From a virus (taxonomy: Duplodnaviria > Heunggongvirae > Uroviricota > Caudoviricetes): DNA of 64,000 nt. The DNA is taken from IMG/VR virus record IMGVR_UViG_3300046543_000050. One strand, given 5' to 3'. How positions within the stretch are numbered: the stretch's first letter is position 1; the number at the start of each line of letters is the position of its first letter. A program made the translations under genes and the position numbers. Shown here piece after piece: positions 1-10,322 of the stretch. The notes under the pieces were generated by a model. The model was not told the DNA's origin. It made no database searches and saw only the letters and a list, made by a program, of their open reading frames with translations.

Positions 1-2
1 CG

Positions 3-3000
3 GATACCGTCAATCCTGAAACCCTGTATGTCAAGTACATGGCAGCGGGTACGGACAATGTGACCAAGGTGTTCGCCGACAATGAAGCACTGGTCCCGGA
101 AAATGTCTCACTGAGTTCACTCGGTGTCCAAACTATCTCGTCAGGTTCAACTGGCGTGGGTTCGGCTGCATCTATCGCTCGTGGTGTCTACTACATCGGC
201 GGCTTCTTCTGTCTGGTCGAAGCGCAGACAATCGTTCTGGATGCCTACACAAACAGTCCTTCGTATCGCGTGGGTCTGGCTGTATCGTCGGGCGTCATTG
301 ACAGTGAAGATGACGAATCGTTGCTGGACAATGCCCTTGGTTCGTTCAACTACAACGCACCGGGTGCAGATCGTCACAACATCGAACTGACCCTGACGGC
401 ACTCCCGCAAGGTTCGACCAATGATTCGAACTTCGTTCAGTTGTTCTCAGTATTGAACGGCACGATTCAATCTGTGGTGGACAATACGGCCTACAACGTC
501 ATTGCTGACACGATGGCACGCCGCACCTATGATGAATCGGGCGACTACACGGTCACGCCTTTCACATTGGATGTACGTGAGCACCGTTCGAACAATCGCG
601 GTGCATGGTACGCGTCAATGGCTGTCCTCGCGGGCGACGTGATCACGGCGGGTGCATACATCTACACGGCCAAGACTGGCGGTACGACTTCGACCACGAT
701 GCCGACCCATACTTCGGGTGATGCACCTGACGGTACGGTCACATGGACCTACACGATTACGCCGGTCTACAACCGTGGTATCAACTTGCCTGAGAATGGC
801 GGTGATGCAACGAAGCTGGCCCTCGGTCTTGAACCGGGTAAGGCATACGTGCGTGGCTATGAAGTCAACAAGGTCGCCATCGATTACCTGACGGTTCCGA
901 AGGCACGCGACACACAATACGCCACGGCTGCGAAGGTTGGGGCCAAGGTCGGCAACTACATTCTGGTGACGAACATCACTGGTCTGCCGAAGATCGATCA
1001 GAACGCTACGGTCCAACTGTGCGACCAGTTGACGACATCCCGCACGGCTGCGAACGGTAACGTAGTGGGTACGGCACGCGTGCGCGCATTCGAATTCCAT
1101 TCGGGTACGCCGGGTACGACTACCTGTATCTATAAGTTGTCCGTATTTGATGTCAAGCTGAACACTGGTAAGAACCTGAACAAGAACGTCAAGTCACTGT
1201 TCATCAGCTATGGATCGGCTGCGACCAACTTTGCGGCAGACATTCAACCGTTCTACTCGAAGAACACTGGTTCGATCAGTGCATCGGCATCCGCGACCAT
1301 CACTGGTAACGGTACGCTGTTCCAATCTGAATTCGTGGTTGGCGATTACTTCCTCTGGTCGGGTGGTGTGTCACGTATCACGGCAATCGCTTCAAACGTC
1401 TCACTGACGGTCGCTACGGCTATCACGGTGACGAATGAACCCGTCTGGACACTCAGTACGGCTATCAATGAAGTTGGCAACAGTCCGAACATCTTCCAGA
1501 TGCCGAACTATGCTATCCAGACTGTTCGTTCCAATGACGGCACGATTGCGACCGCGTATGCGATTCAGCAACGGTTCGTCCAGACGACCAACAGTTCGGG
1601 CATCATCACGCTGTCGGTCGCTGGTGGTAATGACACATTTGGTTCGGAAGCCGAACTGACAAACTACATGTGCGTGGATAACACGACTGGTCTGGTGGTT
1701 CTGCCGACCTCCATCGTGCGTAATGGTCCTCTGTACACCCAAGTAACGATCACGTTCAGTGGAACCTATGCGACCCGTTCATTCACGGTGATTGCCACGG
1801 TGAACCGCGTTGGCGCTGCGACTGAGAAGACGAAGACCCTGACGACTGGCACGGCGACGTTTACCACGGCAGTGACGGCACAAGCGAAGACGATTGGTCT
1901 TCCTGCGGCTGACGGTTACACCCTGATTTCGGTCCTGATGGATACCGGTTCATTCGGTTCCCCGACTGGCGTCTACACGAAGGACATCACGGCGAACTAT
2001 TCGTTCTTTGACGGTCAGACAGATTCGGCCTACGGTCAAGCCAACATCACCCTGATTGATGGCAACCCGGTCCCGACTGCGCCGATCCAAGTGACGTTCA
2101 AGTATTTCCAGCACTCGGTGACGGGTGATTACTTCACGGTCAATTCGTATCTGTCCACGATTGCCTATGAAGCGATCCCTTCGTACAACAGTGTGCCCCT
2201 GCGCGACTGTATCGACTTCCGTTCGCGGATCGACAACACTGGCACGGATTTCGTGTCGGCGGGCGCTGTGGTTAATGGTGTGCCGAAGCGTGGTGTGGAC
2301 ATCACGACGAACTATACGTACTACTTGCCGCGTAAGGACAAGTTGGCACTGGCAATCGACGGTACGTTCTTCGACGTGAAGGGTGTGTCCAGCTTGACGC
2401 CAGCATTGCCGGATGATCCGACGACTGCAATGGTGCTGTTCAATATTGCTTTGGAAGCCTACACATTCGGTACGGGTGTGGCGAACGTCAACGTCACGAC
2501 GATTGACAACAAGCGGTACACCATGCGCGACATCGGTAAGATTGATGCACGCGTGGCTAATCTGGAATACTACACATCCCTGTCGCTCTTGGAACAACAG
2601 ACGGCATCGATGAATATTGCGGATTCGACTGGTCTGACCCGTTATCAGAACGGCTTCATCGTTGATTCGTTCAATGGTCATGGCGTGGGTAACACTACGT
2701 CCCCGGACTACATGTGTGCAATCGACATGACGAACAATGTGCTGCGTCCGTTCTACTCGATGGAAAACGTCACACTGTTCGAACAGAATACGACCAATGC
2801 GCAACGTGCGACCTCGGGCTACCAAGTGACGGGCGATGTGGTGACACTGCCGTATTCGTCAGTAGCGCTGATTACGCAACCTTACGCATCACGCACTGAG
2901 AATGTGAACCCGTTCGCGGTCTACGCATTCGTTGGTACAACTGATATGAACCCGTCCTCGGACGAATGGTTCGACACGTACCAACTGCCGGACATCGTGA

Positions 3001-5894
3001 CGAACGTTGATGGCAACTTCAATGCAGTGTATGCACTGGCAGCATCGACTGGCGTTCTGGGTACGGTGTGGAATGCTTGGCAGACCCAATGGTCCGGTAC
3101 TTCGGTGGTGTCGCAAGATGTCATTAACTACGGTGTCCATACGACCACTGTCACTGAGAATGGTGTCACGCGCGACCGTACTGCGGCTGAAATGGCTGCA
3201 TCACAGACCAATAGCTGGCTGGCAGATAACGGTGTCGGTGCTGCACGTACCATCGTCAATGAGACGGATGCAACCACGACTGGATATGCTCGCACTGGTA
3301 TCAATACGCAGATCGTGCCCCAGATCACCAACACGGTGACTGATGACAAGGTTGTGGCGCAAGCTGTGATCCCGTACATCCGTTCGCGTAATGTGATGAT
3401 CGTGGCGCGTGGTCTGAAGCCGAACACACGTTTCTACCCGTTCTTTGATGGTGCGAACGTTTCGGCCTACGTAACACCGTCTTGGACCCTGTGGTTCACG
3501 CCGGTTGGTGGTTACACATCAGCATTCGACTGGACCTCGAACGTGGGCGGACTGTCGGACGAAGCTTCGCGGACGGTGAACTACAATTCGGACAACGCAT
3601 TGGATCGCGGTGACGTGGTGTATGTGATTTCGCGTGGTGGTACGAACTACACGCTGGCGACTTCCCCGGCTACGGCTGTGTGTGGTCTGCAATCATCTCA
3701 TGCCGATGGTACACAACAGATTCAGGTTCAGAACTGGAAGGGAGCATTCGCATCGGGTGACGTGATTGTTGGTACGTTGTCTGGCGCGCGTGGCACGATC
3801 ACTGGTGGTTCGGGTGCGATGGCACAAGGTGGACCGCTGATTTCGACCTACAACGGCGATGTGGTGGGACTGTTCCAAATCCCGAACAACACGGCCCTGA
3901 AGTTCCGCACTGGTACGCGAGTGTTCAAACTGACGGATGATGCGAACAACGGCGTCAACAGTACGACGAATAGTTCGGTTTCCTATGTTGCAACGGGTAT
4001 CCTGCAAACCAAGCAAGCGTATGTGACCTCGACACGTAATGCACAGGTAGTTCAGACTCAGGTGTCCGATACATCCACGGTGACGACGACCTCAACCCGT
4101 ACTGCTCTTGATACTGGTTGGTACGATCCGCTGGCAGAGACATTCTTGGTGCAATCGACTGATGGTGCATTCCTGACTGAAGTTGACCTGTTCTTCCAAT
4201 CGAAGGACGCGGCAATCCCGGTTCAGATCGAAATCCGTGAAGTGGTCAATGGTTATCCGGGTGCGACGATTCTGCCGTTCTCGCATACTGTGATGACCCC
4301 GGACAAGGTGAATGTGTCACAAGATGGTACGGTGGCTACTACGTTCAAGTTTGCATCGCCGGTGTACGTTCAGGATGCCACATCATATGCGTTGGTCGTG
4401 ATGTCGGATTCGAACAGTTACAACCTGTGGATTTCGCAGCTTGGCGACAAGATGGTCAATTCGGATCGATTCATCTCGTCACAGCCTTATACCGGTGTAC
4501 TGTTCAAGTCCCAGAATGCATCAACGTGGACTGCCGATCAGACCCAAGACATGAAGTTCAATATTCGTCGTGCTAAGTTTGTGACGAATACGTATGGTGA
4601 AGTGGTGTTCCAGAACGATACGGTGACGGTGGATAACCTTCCGACCATCGCGTTCCAGACGACCAACGGTTCCAAGGTTGTGCGAGTGTTCCATCAGAAT
4701 CACGGCTTGCCGGTTGGTTCGAATGTGGTCCTCGCGGGTGTCACGGCTAACGTCAATGGCATCCCGTTCGCACAGTTGAATGGAACGTTCGCAGTCAGTA
4801 ACGTTGACTTCGACAATTACACCATCACGGTCGCAACCACGGCAGCTACATCGACGGGTTACGGTGGCAACAAGGGAATCACGGCTGCAAGCAACGTGGG
4901 CTACGATTCGATTCAACCGGTGGTGCAGCAACAGTCATTCACTGATACGACCACAACGTGGTTTGTCAAGACGACGACTGGTCAGTCCCCCGAAGGTTCG
5001 GAAACCCCGTACCTGTTGGATACGGCCTACAGTCCAGTCACGGTGAATGACACGAACACACTGTCGCATACGTGTTTGGTTGCATCGGCATCGAACCAAG
5101 CTGCATCGGTTCTGGCTGGTAGCAAATCGTTGTTCCTAAAGGGTCGGCTGTACACGTTGAATGATGCTGTGTCACCTGTCATCGACATGCACCGACTGTC
5201 GGCGATTCTGGTCCGTAACAGGGTCAACAAGCCGACCAGTGCCAACACCAACGTCGCAGTAGTGGATGACCGTGTGGTGGCCTCTGCGAACACGCTGACG
5301 GCATTCAGTGGTGCAACGATCACGACGACAGACGCGGCAACGAAGCTTCTGTTCCAAACCGTGGTGGTTGGTCACTATCTGAACGTGGCGGGTTCGGTAA
5401 CGGCGAACAATGGTGACTGGCTGGTGACGGCAGTGGCAGCGGATGGTTCAAGCATCACGACCAACGCAGCATTCACGACAGCGGCAGCGGGTGCAAGTAT
5501 CACATTGACCTCGCGTGAACTGTTCGTGGACGAGACGGCCCCGATCAACAGCACGACGATTTCGAAGTATGTGACGACGAAGGTAAACTTTGCCAACACA
5601 TCGACGTATCTCCGAGTGCAACTGGCGGCGGCAATTCCCCCGGCTGCGGCGGTGAAGGTGTACTACAAGGTGAATCCGGCTGGTTCGACGGCAACATTCG
5701 ATACCATCCCGTACACCCTGTTGAACCCGGATACAACGGTCCCGTATTCGACCAACAACACGTTTACGGACGTGACGTACAGTCTGTCGGGTATGTCTGC
5801 ATTCGATGCAGTGCAGATCAAGCTGGTGATGCAATCTTCGGATACCTCACAAGTTCCGATGGTGAAAGACCTCCGCGTGATTGCTTGCGCGTAA
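3..5894 (+). CDS. Large baseplate/tail structural protein (DUF4815/VrlC-like), 5'-truncated by the window
   Basis: Frame is open from base 3 (DTVNPETLYVKY...). Motifs LARRTYDESGDY, KRYTMRDIG, LEYYTSLSLLE and GFIVDSF are typical of the DUF4815 T4-like structural protein. Thr/Val/Gly-rich, upstream of the neck genes. Confidence 0.8.
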   Translation, partial: DTVNPETLYVKYMAAGTDNVTKVFADNEALVPENVSLSSLGVQTISSGSTGVGSAASIARGVYYIGGFFCLVEAQTIVLDAYTNSPSYRVGLAVSSGVIDSEDDESLLDNALGSFNYNAPGADRHNIELTLTALPQGSTNDSNFVQLFSVLNGTIQSVVDNTAYNVIADTMARRTYDESGDYTVTPFTLDVREHRSNNRGAWYASMAVLAGDVITAGAYIYTAKTGGTTSTTMPTHTSGDAPDGTVTWTYTITPVYNRGINLPENGGDATKLALGLEPGKAYVRGYEVNKVAIDYLTVPKARDTQYATAAKVGAKVGNYILVTNITGLPKIDQNATVQLCDQLTTSRTAANGNVVGTARVRAFEFHSGTPGTTTCIYKLSVFDVKLNTGKNLNKNVKSLFISYGSAATNFAADIQPFYSKNTGSISASASATITGNGTLFQSEFVVGDYFLWSGGVSRITAIASNVSLTVATAITVTNEPVWTLSTAINEVGNSPNIFQMPNYAIQTVRSNDGTIATAYAIQQRFVQTTNSSGIITLSVAGGNDTFGSEAELTNYMCVDNTTGLVVLPTSIVRNGPLYTQVTITFSGTYATRSFTVIATVNRVGAATEKTKTLTTGTATFTTAVTAQAKTIGLPAADGYTLISVLMDTGSFGSPTGVYTKDITANYSFFDGQTDSAYGQANITLIDGNPVPTAPIQVTFKYFQHSVTGDYFTVNSYLSTIAYEAIPSYNSVPLRDCIDFRSRIDNTGTDFVSAGAVVNGVPKRGVDITTNYTYYLPRKDKLALAIDGTFFDVKGVSSLTPALPDDPTTAMVLFNIALEAYTFGTGVANVNVTTIDNKRYTMRDIGKIDARVANLEYYTSLSLLEQQTASMNIADSTGLTRYQNGFIVDSFNGHGVGNTTSPDYMCAIDMTNNVLRPFYSMENVTLFEQNTTNAQRATSGYQVTGDVVTLPYSSVALITQPYASRTENVNPFAVYAFVGTTDMNPSSDEWFDTYQLPDIVTNVDGNFNAVYALAASTGVLGTVWNAWQTQWSGTSVVSQDVINYGVHTTTVTENGVTRDRTAAEMAASQTNSWLADNGVGAARTIVNETDATTTGYARTGINTQIVPQITNTVTDDKVVAQAVIPYIRSRNVMIVARGLKPNTRFYPFFDGANVSAYVTPSWTLWFTPVGGYTSAFDWTSNVGGLSDEASRTVNYNSDNALDRGDVVYVISRGGTNYTLATSPATAVCGLQSSHADGTQQIQVQNWKGAFASGDVIVGTLSGARGTITGGSGAMAQGGPLISTYNGDVVGLFQIPNNTALKFRTGTRVFKLTDDANNGVNSTTNSSVSYVATGILQTKQAYVTSTRNAQVVQTQVSDTSTVTTTSTRTALDTGWYDPLAETFLVQSTDGAFLTEVDLFFQSKDAAIPVQIEIREVVNGYPGATILPFSHTVMTPDKVNVSQDGTVATTFKFASPVYVQDATSYALVVMSDSNSYNLWISQLGDKMVNSDRFISSQPYTGVLFKSQNASTWTADQTQDMKFNIRRAKFVTNTYGEVVFQNDTVTVDNLPTIAFQTTNGSKVVRVFHQNHGLPVGSNVVLAGVTANVNGIPFAQLNGTFAVSNVDFDNYTITVATTAATSTGYGGNKGITAASNVGYDSIQPVVQQQSFTDTTTTWFVKTTTGQSPEGSETPYLLDTAYSPVTVNDTNTLSHTCLVASASNQAASVLAGSKSLFLKGRLYTLNDAVSPVIDMHRLSAILVRNRVNKPTSANTNVAVVDDRVVASANTLTAFSGATITTTDAATKLLFQTVVVGHYLNVAGSVTANNGDWLVTAVAADGSSITTNAAFTTAAAGASITLTSRELFVDETAPINSTTISKYVTTKVNFANTSTYLRVQLAAAIPPAAAVKVYYKVNPAGSTATFDTIPYTLLNPDTTVPYSTNNTFTDVTYSLSGMSAFDAVQIKLVMQSSDTSQVPMVKDLRVIACA

Positions 5895-5913
5895 CCACTA
5901 GAAAGGAAACATC

Positions 5914-6141
5914 GTGACCGACTATGTAAAAGTCGCCGGTCACGATGGTCTTGTCCGGGATTTATCCAGCAAGGCTATCGTGAACATGAATCGTTCGGGC
6001 TATCAAGCCTATGTCAACCAACGGGATGTCATGTTGAAGCGTCAACAACAGCTTGACGAGAATACACAGGACATCGAAACAATCAAGTCTGACATCTCTG
6101 ACATCAAGGAGATGTTGAAGATTCTCATACAACAAAGGTGA
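5914..6141 (+). CDS. Conserved small T4-like (cyanomyovirus-type) protein with C-terminal coiled coil
   Basis: GAAAGGAAA RBS; KVAGHDGLVRD..SKAIVN motif and heptad C-terminus; usual position before the neck genes. Confidence 0.7.
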   Translation: MTDYVKVAGHDGLVRDLSSKAIVNMNRSGYQAYVNQRDVMLKRQQQLDENTQDIETIKSDISDIKEMLKILIQQR

Positions 6142-6143
6142 TC

Positions 6144-6485
6144 ATGGCCCCAGAATTCAATCTCTATGTCGATCAGGGAACGGACTTTTCCGAGACGTTC
6201 ACTGTGACTGACGTGCATGGTGCTCCTGTCAATCTGACGGGTGCAACGCTTCGTTCCCAGATTCGGAAGTCCTACACATCCACGACTTCATACGATCTGA
6301 CAATCACGCCGGTTGATCTGGCAACGGGTCAGATCAAATTCGAACTGTCGAACACACTGACCGCATCGCTCAAAGATGGGCGTTATGTGTATGACGCTGA
6401 GTATGTCCTGAACGGACTGATTACAAGGTTTGTGAAAGGTTTGGTCACAGTGTATCCCCGCGTGACCCAAGTCGTATCTGGTTGA
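6144..6485 (+). CDS. BppU-N-like beta-sandwich virion protein
   Basis: YVDQGTDF...NLTGAT.RSQIRKSY...G.Y.YD pattern common in myovirus baseplate/tail accessory proteins. Confidence 0.6.
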   Translation: MAPEFNLYVDQGTDFSETFTVTDVHGAPVNLTGATLRSQIRKSYTSTTSYDLTITPVDLATGQIKFELSNTLTASLKDGRYVYDAEYVLNGLITRFVKGLVTVYPRVTQVVSG

Positions 6486-6554
6486 ATGTTCAGTTTTTCG
6501 TGATGTTCACGTTTCATGAACGAACAACATTGTTGAACATAATAAGGAGTACCA

Positions 6555-7289
6555 ATGAAATTTGCATTCCACAAGGCGAAGGACACACTGTTCGCCAAAC
6601 TGTGTAGCTGGAAGATGGAAGGTCCGTACACGCACGTCGAAGCCCTGTTCGGTCCCGATCCTGACAATTCCAAGCTGACGGTGTGTGGTAGTTCTAAGTT
6701 TACCGAAGGTGGCGTCCGTCTGACCTCACTGGACTTCAGTGACAAGACTGTATGGGACATCGTTGAAGTACCGGGTATCGATGAAGCGAAGGCCCTGCAA
6801 TGGTTCAAGGATCATGCTGGCGAACCCTACGATACACGCGGTCTGATTCAGTTCATTACGTTCTTCCCGGTCGGTCACAATCCGAAGGGTTGGTTCTGTG
6901 ATGAAGCGGTGCTGGCCTCAATCGGTATGGAAGATTCGTACCGGTTCGATCCGAACGCTATGGCATCGATCCTGACGTTCCTGACCAAGTACCAAGCTGG
7001 CAACCTGTCCCCGGTACTGGTGACGATCAAGGAAGGTGAAGTCGCGGCAGTGGCGAAACCAGTGAATCCGATTGACACCATTCAGGCCGACTTCAACAAG
7101 GTGCTTCCGGCTGTCGAGCAAGTCGCTCACACGGTTCAACTGGCTGCACCGTTGGCTGCTGTGATCCCCGGTCTTGCGCCTGTTGTAGCGGTCGTAGAGG
7201 GTGTTGCAACGGCAATTGATAAGGTCGCGGAAGCTGCACCACAGATCAATACAACCATTGATGCACTGCAAGCACTGAAGAAGATTTAA
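6555..7289 (+). CDS. Permuted papain-like (NlpC/P60, YiiX-like) amidase with amphipathic C-terminal extension
   Basis: AAGGAG RBS; His (YTHVE) precedes PYD...WFCDE Cys motif, the circularly permuted order; Ala/Val/Pro-rich tail. Confidence 0.6.
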   Translation: MKFAFHKAKDTLFAKLCSWKMEGPYTHVEALFGPDPDNSKLTVCGSSKFTEGGVRLTSLDFSDKTVWDIVEVPGIDEAKALQWFKDHAGEPYDTRGLIQFITFFPVGHNPKGWFCDEAVLASIGMEDSYRFDPNAMASILTFLTKYQAGNLSPVLVTIKEGEVAAVAKPVNPIDTIQADFNKVLPAVEQVAHTVQLAAPLAAVIPGLAPVVAVVEGVATAIDKVAEAAPQINTTIDALQALKKI

Positions 7290-7319
7290 ACCGGCCATGT
7301 GATTTCACTCGGCCATGAT

Positions 7320-7344
7320 AGCCCTACCATGTGTAGGGCTTTTT
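7320..7344 (+). terminator. Rho-independent terminator
   Basis: AGCCCTAC-catgt-GTAGGGCT followed by a T tract. Confidence 0.8.
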
Positions 7345-7363
7345 CATTTGTCAAGCACTCACA

Positions 7364-7371
7364 ACTAAATA
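7364..7371 (+). promoter_or_regulatory. gp55-type late promoter (ACTAAATA)
   Basis: Variant of T4 TATAAATA; the same octamer recurs before gp18, gp22 and gp23. Confidence 0.7.
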
Positions 7372-7404
7372 GTTGAACTGTCACATCTAACATCGGGACC
7401 ACTC

Positions 7405-8169
7405 ATGGCACGCCCTAACTCATTTGATTCACTGTCGCTCTACTGCTTACAGCAACTTGGCAGTCCTGTCATCGACATTCACGTCGCCGACGAACAGATT
7501 CAGAACCGTATCGAAGACGCGTTCGACTTCATGCGGGAATTCCACGGTGACGCTTGCGAGAAGACCTTCCTGAAGCATCAGGTGACGACCGACGACATCA
7601 CCAATGGTTGGTTGCCAGTTGGTACATCGGTCACGGCTGTTACCACTGTGTTCCCGATCAGTGGCAGTGAGAACACCAATAGTCAGTTCTCCGCATCGTA
7701 TCAGATCAAGGTGAACGACATTTACTCGTTGCAGTCATCGTCTGGTTCCCTCGCGACTGGCGGTCTGGCGTACTACGAAGCAACCAAGCAATACCTGAAC
7801 ATGATGGATGGTGTCCTGATTGGTCAGCAACAGTTCCGGTTCAATGCCAAGGTTGGGAAGCTGTACATCGATTTCGACTGGTCCGAGAACGTCAATCCGG
7901 GTGACTGGATTCTGGTCGAATGTGTTGCCATCGTGGACGAAACTGTCTACACGTCAATCTACAACGACCGGATGTTGAAGAAGCTGGCGACGGCCTACAT
8001 CAAGAAGCAATGGGGTAACAACCTGAAGCTGCATTCGGGATTGGTTCTGCCCGGTGGTGTGACCATGAACGGACAGGAAATCTACAACGAAGCGATTGAT
8101 GAAATCGACAAGATCGAAGAACAGATTCGCGACACGTACCAACTTCCGCCGATGTTCCTTGTAGGTTGA
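7405..8169 (+). CDS. gp13: Neck protein gp13
   Basis: L..YCL..LG.PVI.I.V.DEQI..RI.DA and KKQWG.NL motifs; position in the neck/tail cluster. Confidence 0.93.
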   Translation: MARPNSFDSLSLYCLQQLGSPVIDIHVADEQIQNRIEDAFDFMREFHGDACEKTFLKHQVTTDDITNGWLPVGTSVTAVTTVFPISGSENTNSQFSASYQIKVNDIYSLQSSSGSLATGGLAYYEATKQYLNMMDGVLIGQQQFRFNAKVGKLYIDFDWSENVNPGDWILVECVAIVDETVYTSIYNDRMLKKLATAYIKKQWGNNLKLHSGLVLPGGVTMNGQEIYNEAIDEIDKIEEQIRDTYQLPPMFLVG

Positions 8170-8171
8170 TG

Positions 8172-8903
8172 ATGAAAACTTTCAAGCAATTCCTTCGGGA
8201 ATCCGAACAACATCCGATGATCGACGTGGATGGGGTTCAGAAGCATCGCCACAACAGTGAGGGGCGACCCATTCATCCTACTGATGAAGGCGTTCGCAAC
8301 TTTCATCGATGGTTCGGAGACAGTAAGGCGGTCGATCATCATGGTAGGCCACAGGTGATGTACCACGCGTCCACATATGGTGACATCCACAAGTTCAATA
8401 CACATGAAGGTGCGTTCGGGAAAGCGGGTTACGGTTCATATTTCAGTAACCAACACGGTGCCAACATGTTCGCTGAATATGGTCAGCACTTCCAAGCCAA
8501 TCGTAGTTGGGCTGGCGAAGAAAAGAAAGTGAATGTGGCCCCGGTGTATTTGAAGATGAACAATCCGCACTATGCAGACCACGTTGATGATCTTCGTCCC
8601 GGTGTACATATTCATGCCGGTCAGACCTTCGGGCAAGGCGCACAGTACCAGAAGAACAAGCCAAATCCAGTTGGCCCGCTGGAAGCTAAGGGTCACGATG
8701 GCATCATCACATCCGAAACCACAGCCAAGAAGGTGCATAAGACCCAAGGGTTGAAGATTCTTGATAGGGACGACCCCAAGGCGACACGGTTCCCGGTACA
8801 TGTCGTGTTCCATCCGCATCAAATCAAGTCGGCTGTTGGAAACAACGGCAACTTCTCGGACAAATGGCCGCATAACGTTCATGAACAGGTTAAGCCAAGA
8901 TGA
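8172..8903 (+). CDS. Capsid-targeted ADP-ribosyltransferase-fold protein (ART-PolyVal-like)
   Basis: N-terminus MKTFKQFLRE|S; NFHRWFGDSKAVD..G.PQVMYH...G.GSYFS...V.PVYLKMNNP...G.DG motifs of the ART domain of phage polyvalent proteins; ~9% His. Confidence 0.7.
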   Translation: MKTFKQFLRESEQHPMIDVDGVQKHRHNSEGRPIHPTDEGVRNFHRWFGDSKAVDHHGRPQVMYHASTYGDIHKFNTHEGAFGKAGYGSYFSNQHGANMFAEYGQHFQANRSWAGEEKKVNVAPVYLKMNNPHYADHVDDLRPGVHIHAGQTFGQGAQYQKNKPNPVGPLEAKGHDGIITSETTAKKVHKTQGLKILDRDDPKATRFPVHVVFHPHQIKSAVGNNGNFSDKWPHNVHEQVKPR

Positions 8904-9556
8904 TCAATCATTATTTCCAGAATGGTGTTCCTGAATCATTCACCAACAATCAACGACTGGTCGAGAGTTTGACCATTCAGGCGATTCAGATCGGTGGAAT
9001 GGACACCTACTATATTCCACGCACGATCCTCCAAGAGAACATCAATACGGTGTTGACTGAGGATGTGCTGGCATCGTATGACCACGCCTATCGGATTGAG
9101 GCGTACTTGGACAATGCGACCGGTTTCGAAGGTGACGGCGCGATGCTCTCGAAGTTTGGTATCGAGATTTCGGATTCCTGTACATTCATCATCGCTCGTG
9201 CCCGATGGGAAGCGGAAGTCGGCAAGACTGGTAACACTCGTCTGCCCCGTCCGATTGAAGGTGACATCATCTTCCTACCGCTCACCAAGTCCTACTTTGA
9301 AATCAAGAAGGTCAATGCTCAGAACCCGTTCTACCAGTTGGGTAAGTTGTACACCTATCGTCTGGAATGCGAACTGTTCAGTTTCTCTCATGAGACGTTT
9401 GACACTGGTGTCCATGAAGTGGATGACATTGCAGCGGAAATCAATCTGCACGATCTGGATGCTGGTTCCCAGAATGTAGCGTTCGAAGCCAAGGAATCCG
9501 AAGTACTAGACTTCAGTGAATCAAACCCATTTGGGGACATCTACAATGCTGGCTAA
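8900..9556 (+). CDS. gp14: Neck protein gp14
   Basis: E..IQ..G.D.YYIPR, GFEGDG..LSKFG, P.EGDII, FYQLGK.Y.Y.L.CELF motifs. Confidence 0.93.
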   Translation: MINHYFQNGVPESFTNNQRLVESLTIQAIQIGGMDTYYIPRTILQENINTVLTEDVLASYDHAYRIEAYLDNATGFEGDGAMLSKFGIEISDSCTFIIARARWEAEVGKTGNTRLPRPIEGDIIFLPLTKSYFEIKKVNAQNPFYQLGKLYTYRLECELFSFSHETFDTGVHEVDDIAAEINLHDLDAGSQNVAFEAKESEVLDFSESNPFGDIYNAG

Positions 9557-10322
9557 TCAGACTTTCTACAACAAGACGACAGAGAAGGCAATCGTGGCGT
9601 TCGGCAACCTGTTTGCCAACGTCTACGTGACGCGTCAGGACCAGTCTGGGAATGTCATCAAGACGATCCAAGTACCGGTGTCCTATGCACCAAAAGAGAA
9701 GTTTCTGGCGCGCGAACAAAGTCAACCGAACATCGACAACAGTACGGAAGAACTAACCCTCCCCCGTCTGGCATTCGAGATTACTGGTTTCCGGCGTGAT
9801 CCTAGTCGCCAGATGAACGCGATGCAGCAACGCAAGGCGGTCGTGGGTGGACAGACGAAATCCGTATTCAACCCTGTTCCATACGACCTCACTGTAGCCC
9901 TGTACGCGGTCGCCAAGTACCAGACTGATGCGCTTCAGATGTTCGAACAGATTGTACCGATCTTCAATCCGGGCTACATCGTGACGATCAAGGCGATGCC
10001 ACAGTTGAACCTGACTGATGATCTGCCGATTGTTCTGGATACGGTGCAGCACGAGGACAACTATGACCAGAAGTTCGAACAGCGTCGATTGGTGATCTTC
10101 ACGTTCAACTTCACCCTGCAACTGAATTACTTTGGTGGTGTGGATACCAACCGTGCAGTCATCAAGCAGACCGAATCAACGATCATCAGTGGTGTCACTG
10201 ATCCGACCTTGAACTGGCCTCACCTTGAACTGATTAAGAACACGGTGAACCCGTTCATCGCGAATGCTACGGACTCCCATACTATTCTGACTGAAATTGA
10301 TGGATTCAATACAAATGGCTGA
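9546..10322 (+). CDS. gp15: Tail sheath stabilizer / tail terminator gp15
   Basis: FYN.T..KAIVAFG.LF, VPVSYAPKEKFL, TLPR.AFEITG, EQIVP.FNP motifs; ATG at 9546 preferred. Confidence 0.92.
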   Translation: MLANQTFYNKTTEKAIVAFGNLFANVYVTRQDQSGNVIKTIQVPVSYAPKEKFLAREQSQPNIDNSTEELTLPRLAFEITGFRRDPSRQMNAMQQRKAVVGGQTKSVFNPVPYDLTVALYAVAKYQTDALQMFEQIVPIFNPGYIVTIKAMPQLNLTDDLPIVLDTVQHEDNYDQKFEQRRLVIFTFNFTLQLNYFGGVDTNRAVIKQTESTIISGVTDPTLNWPHLELIKNTVNPFIANATDSHTILTEIDGFNTNG

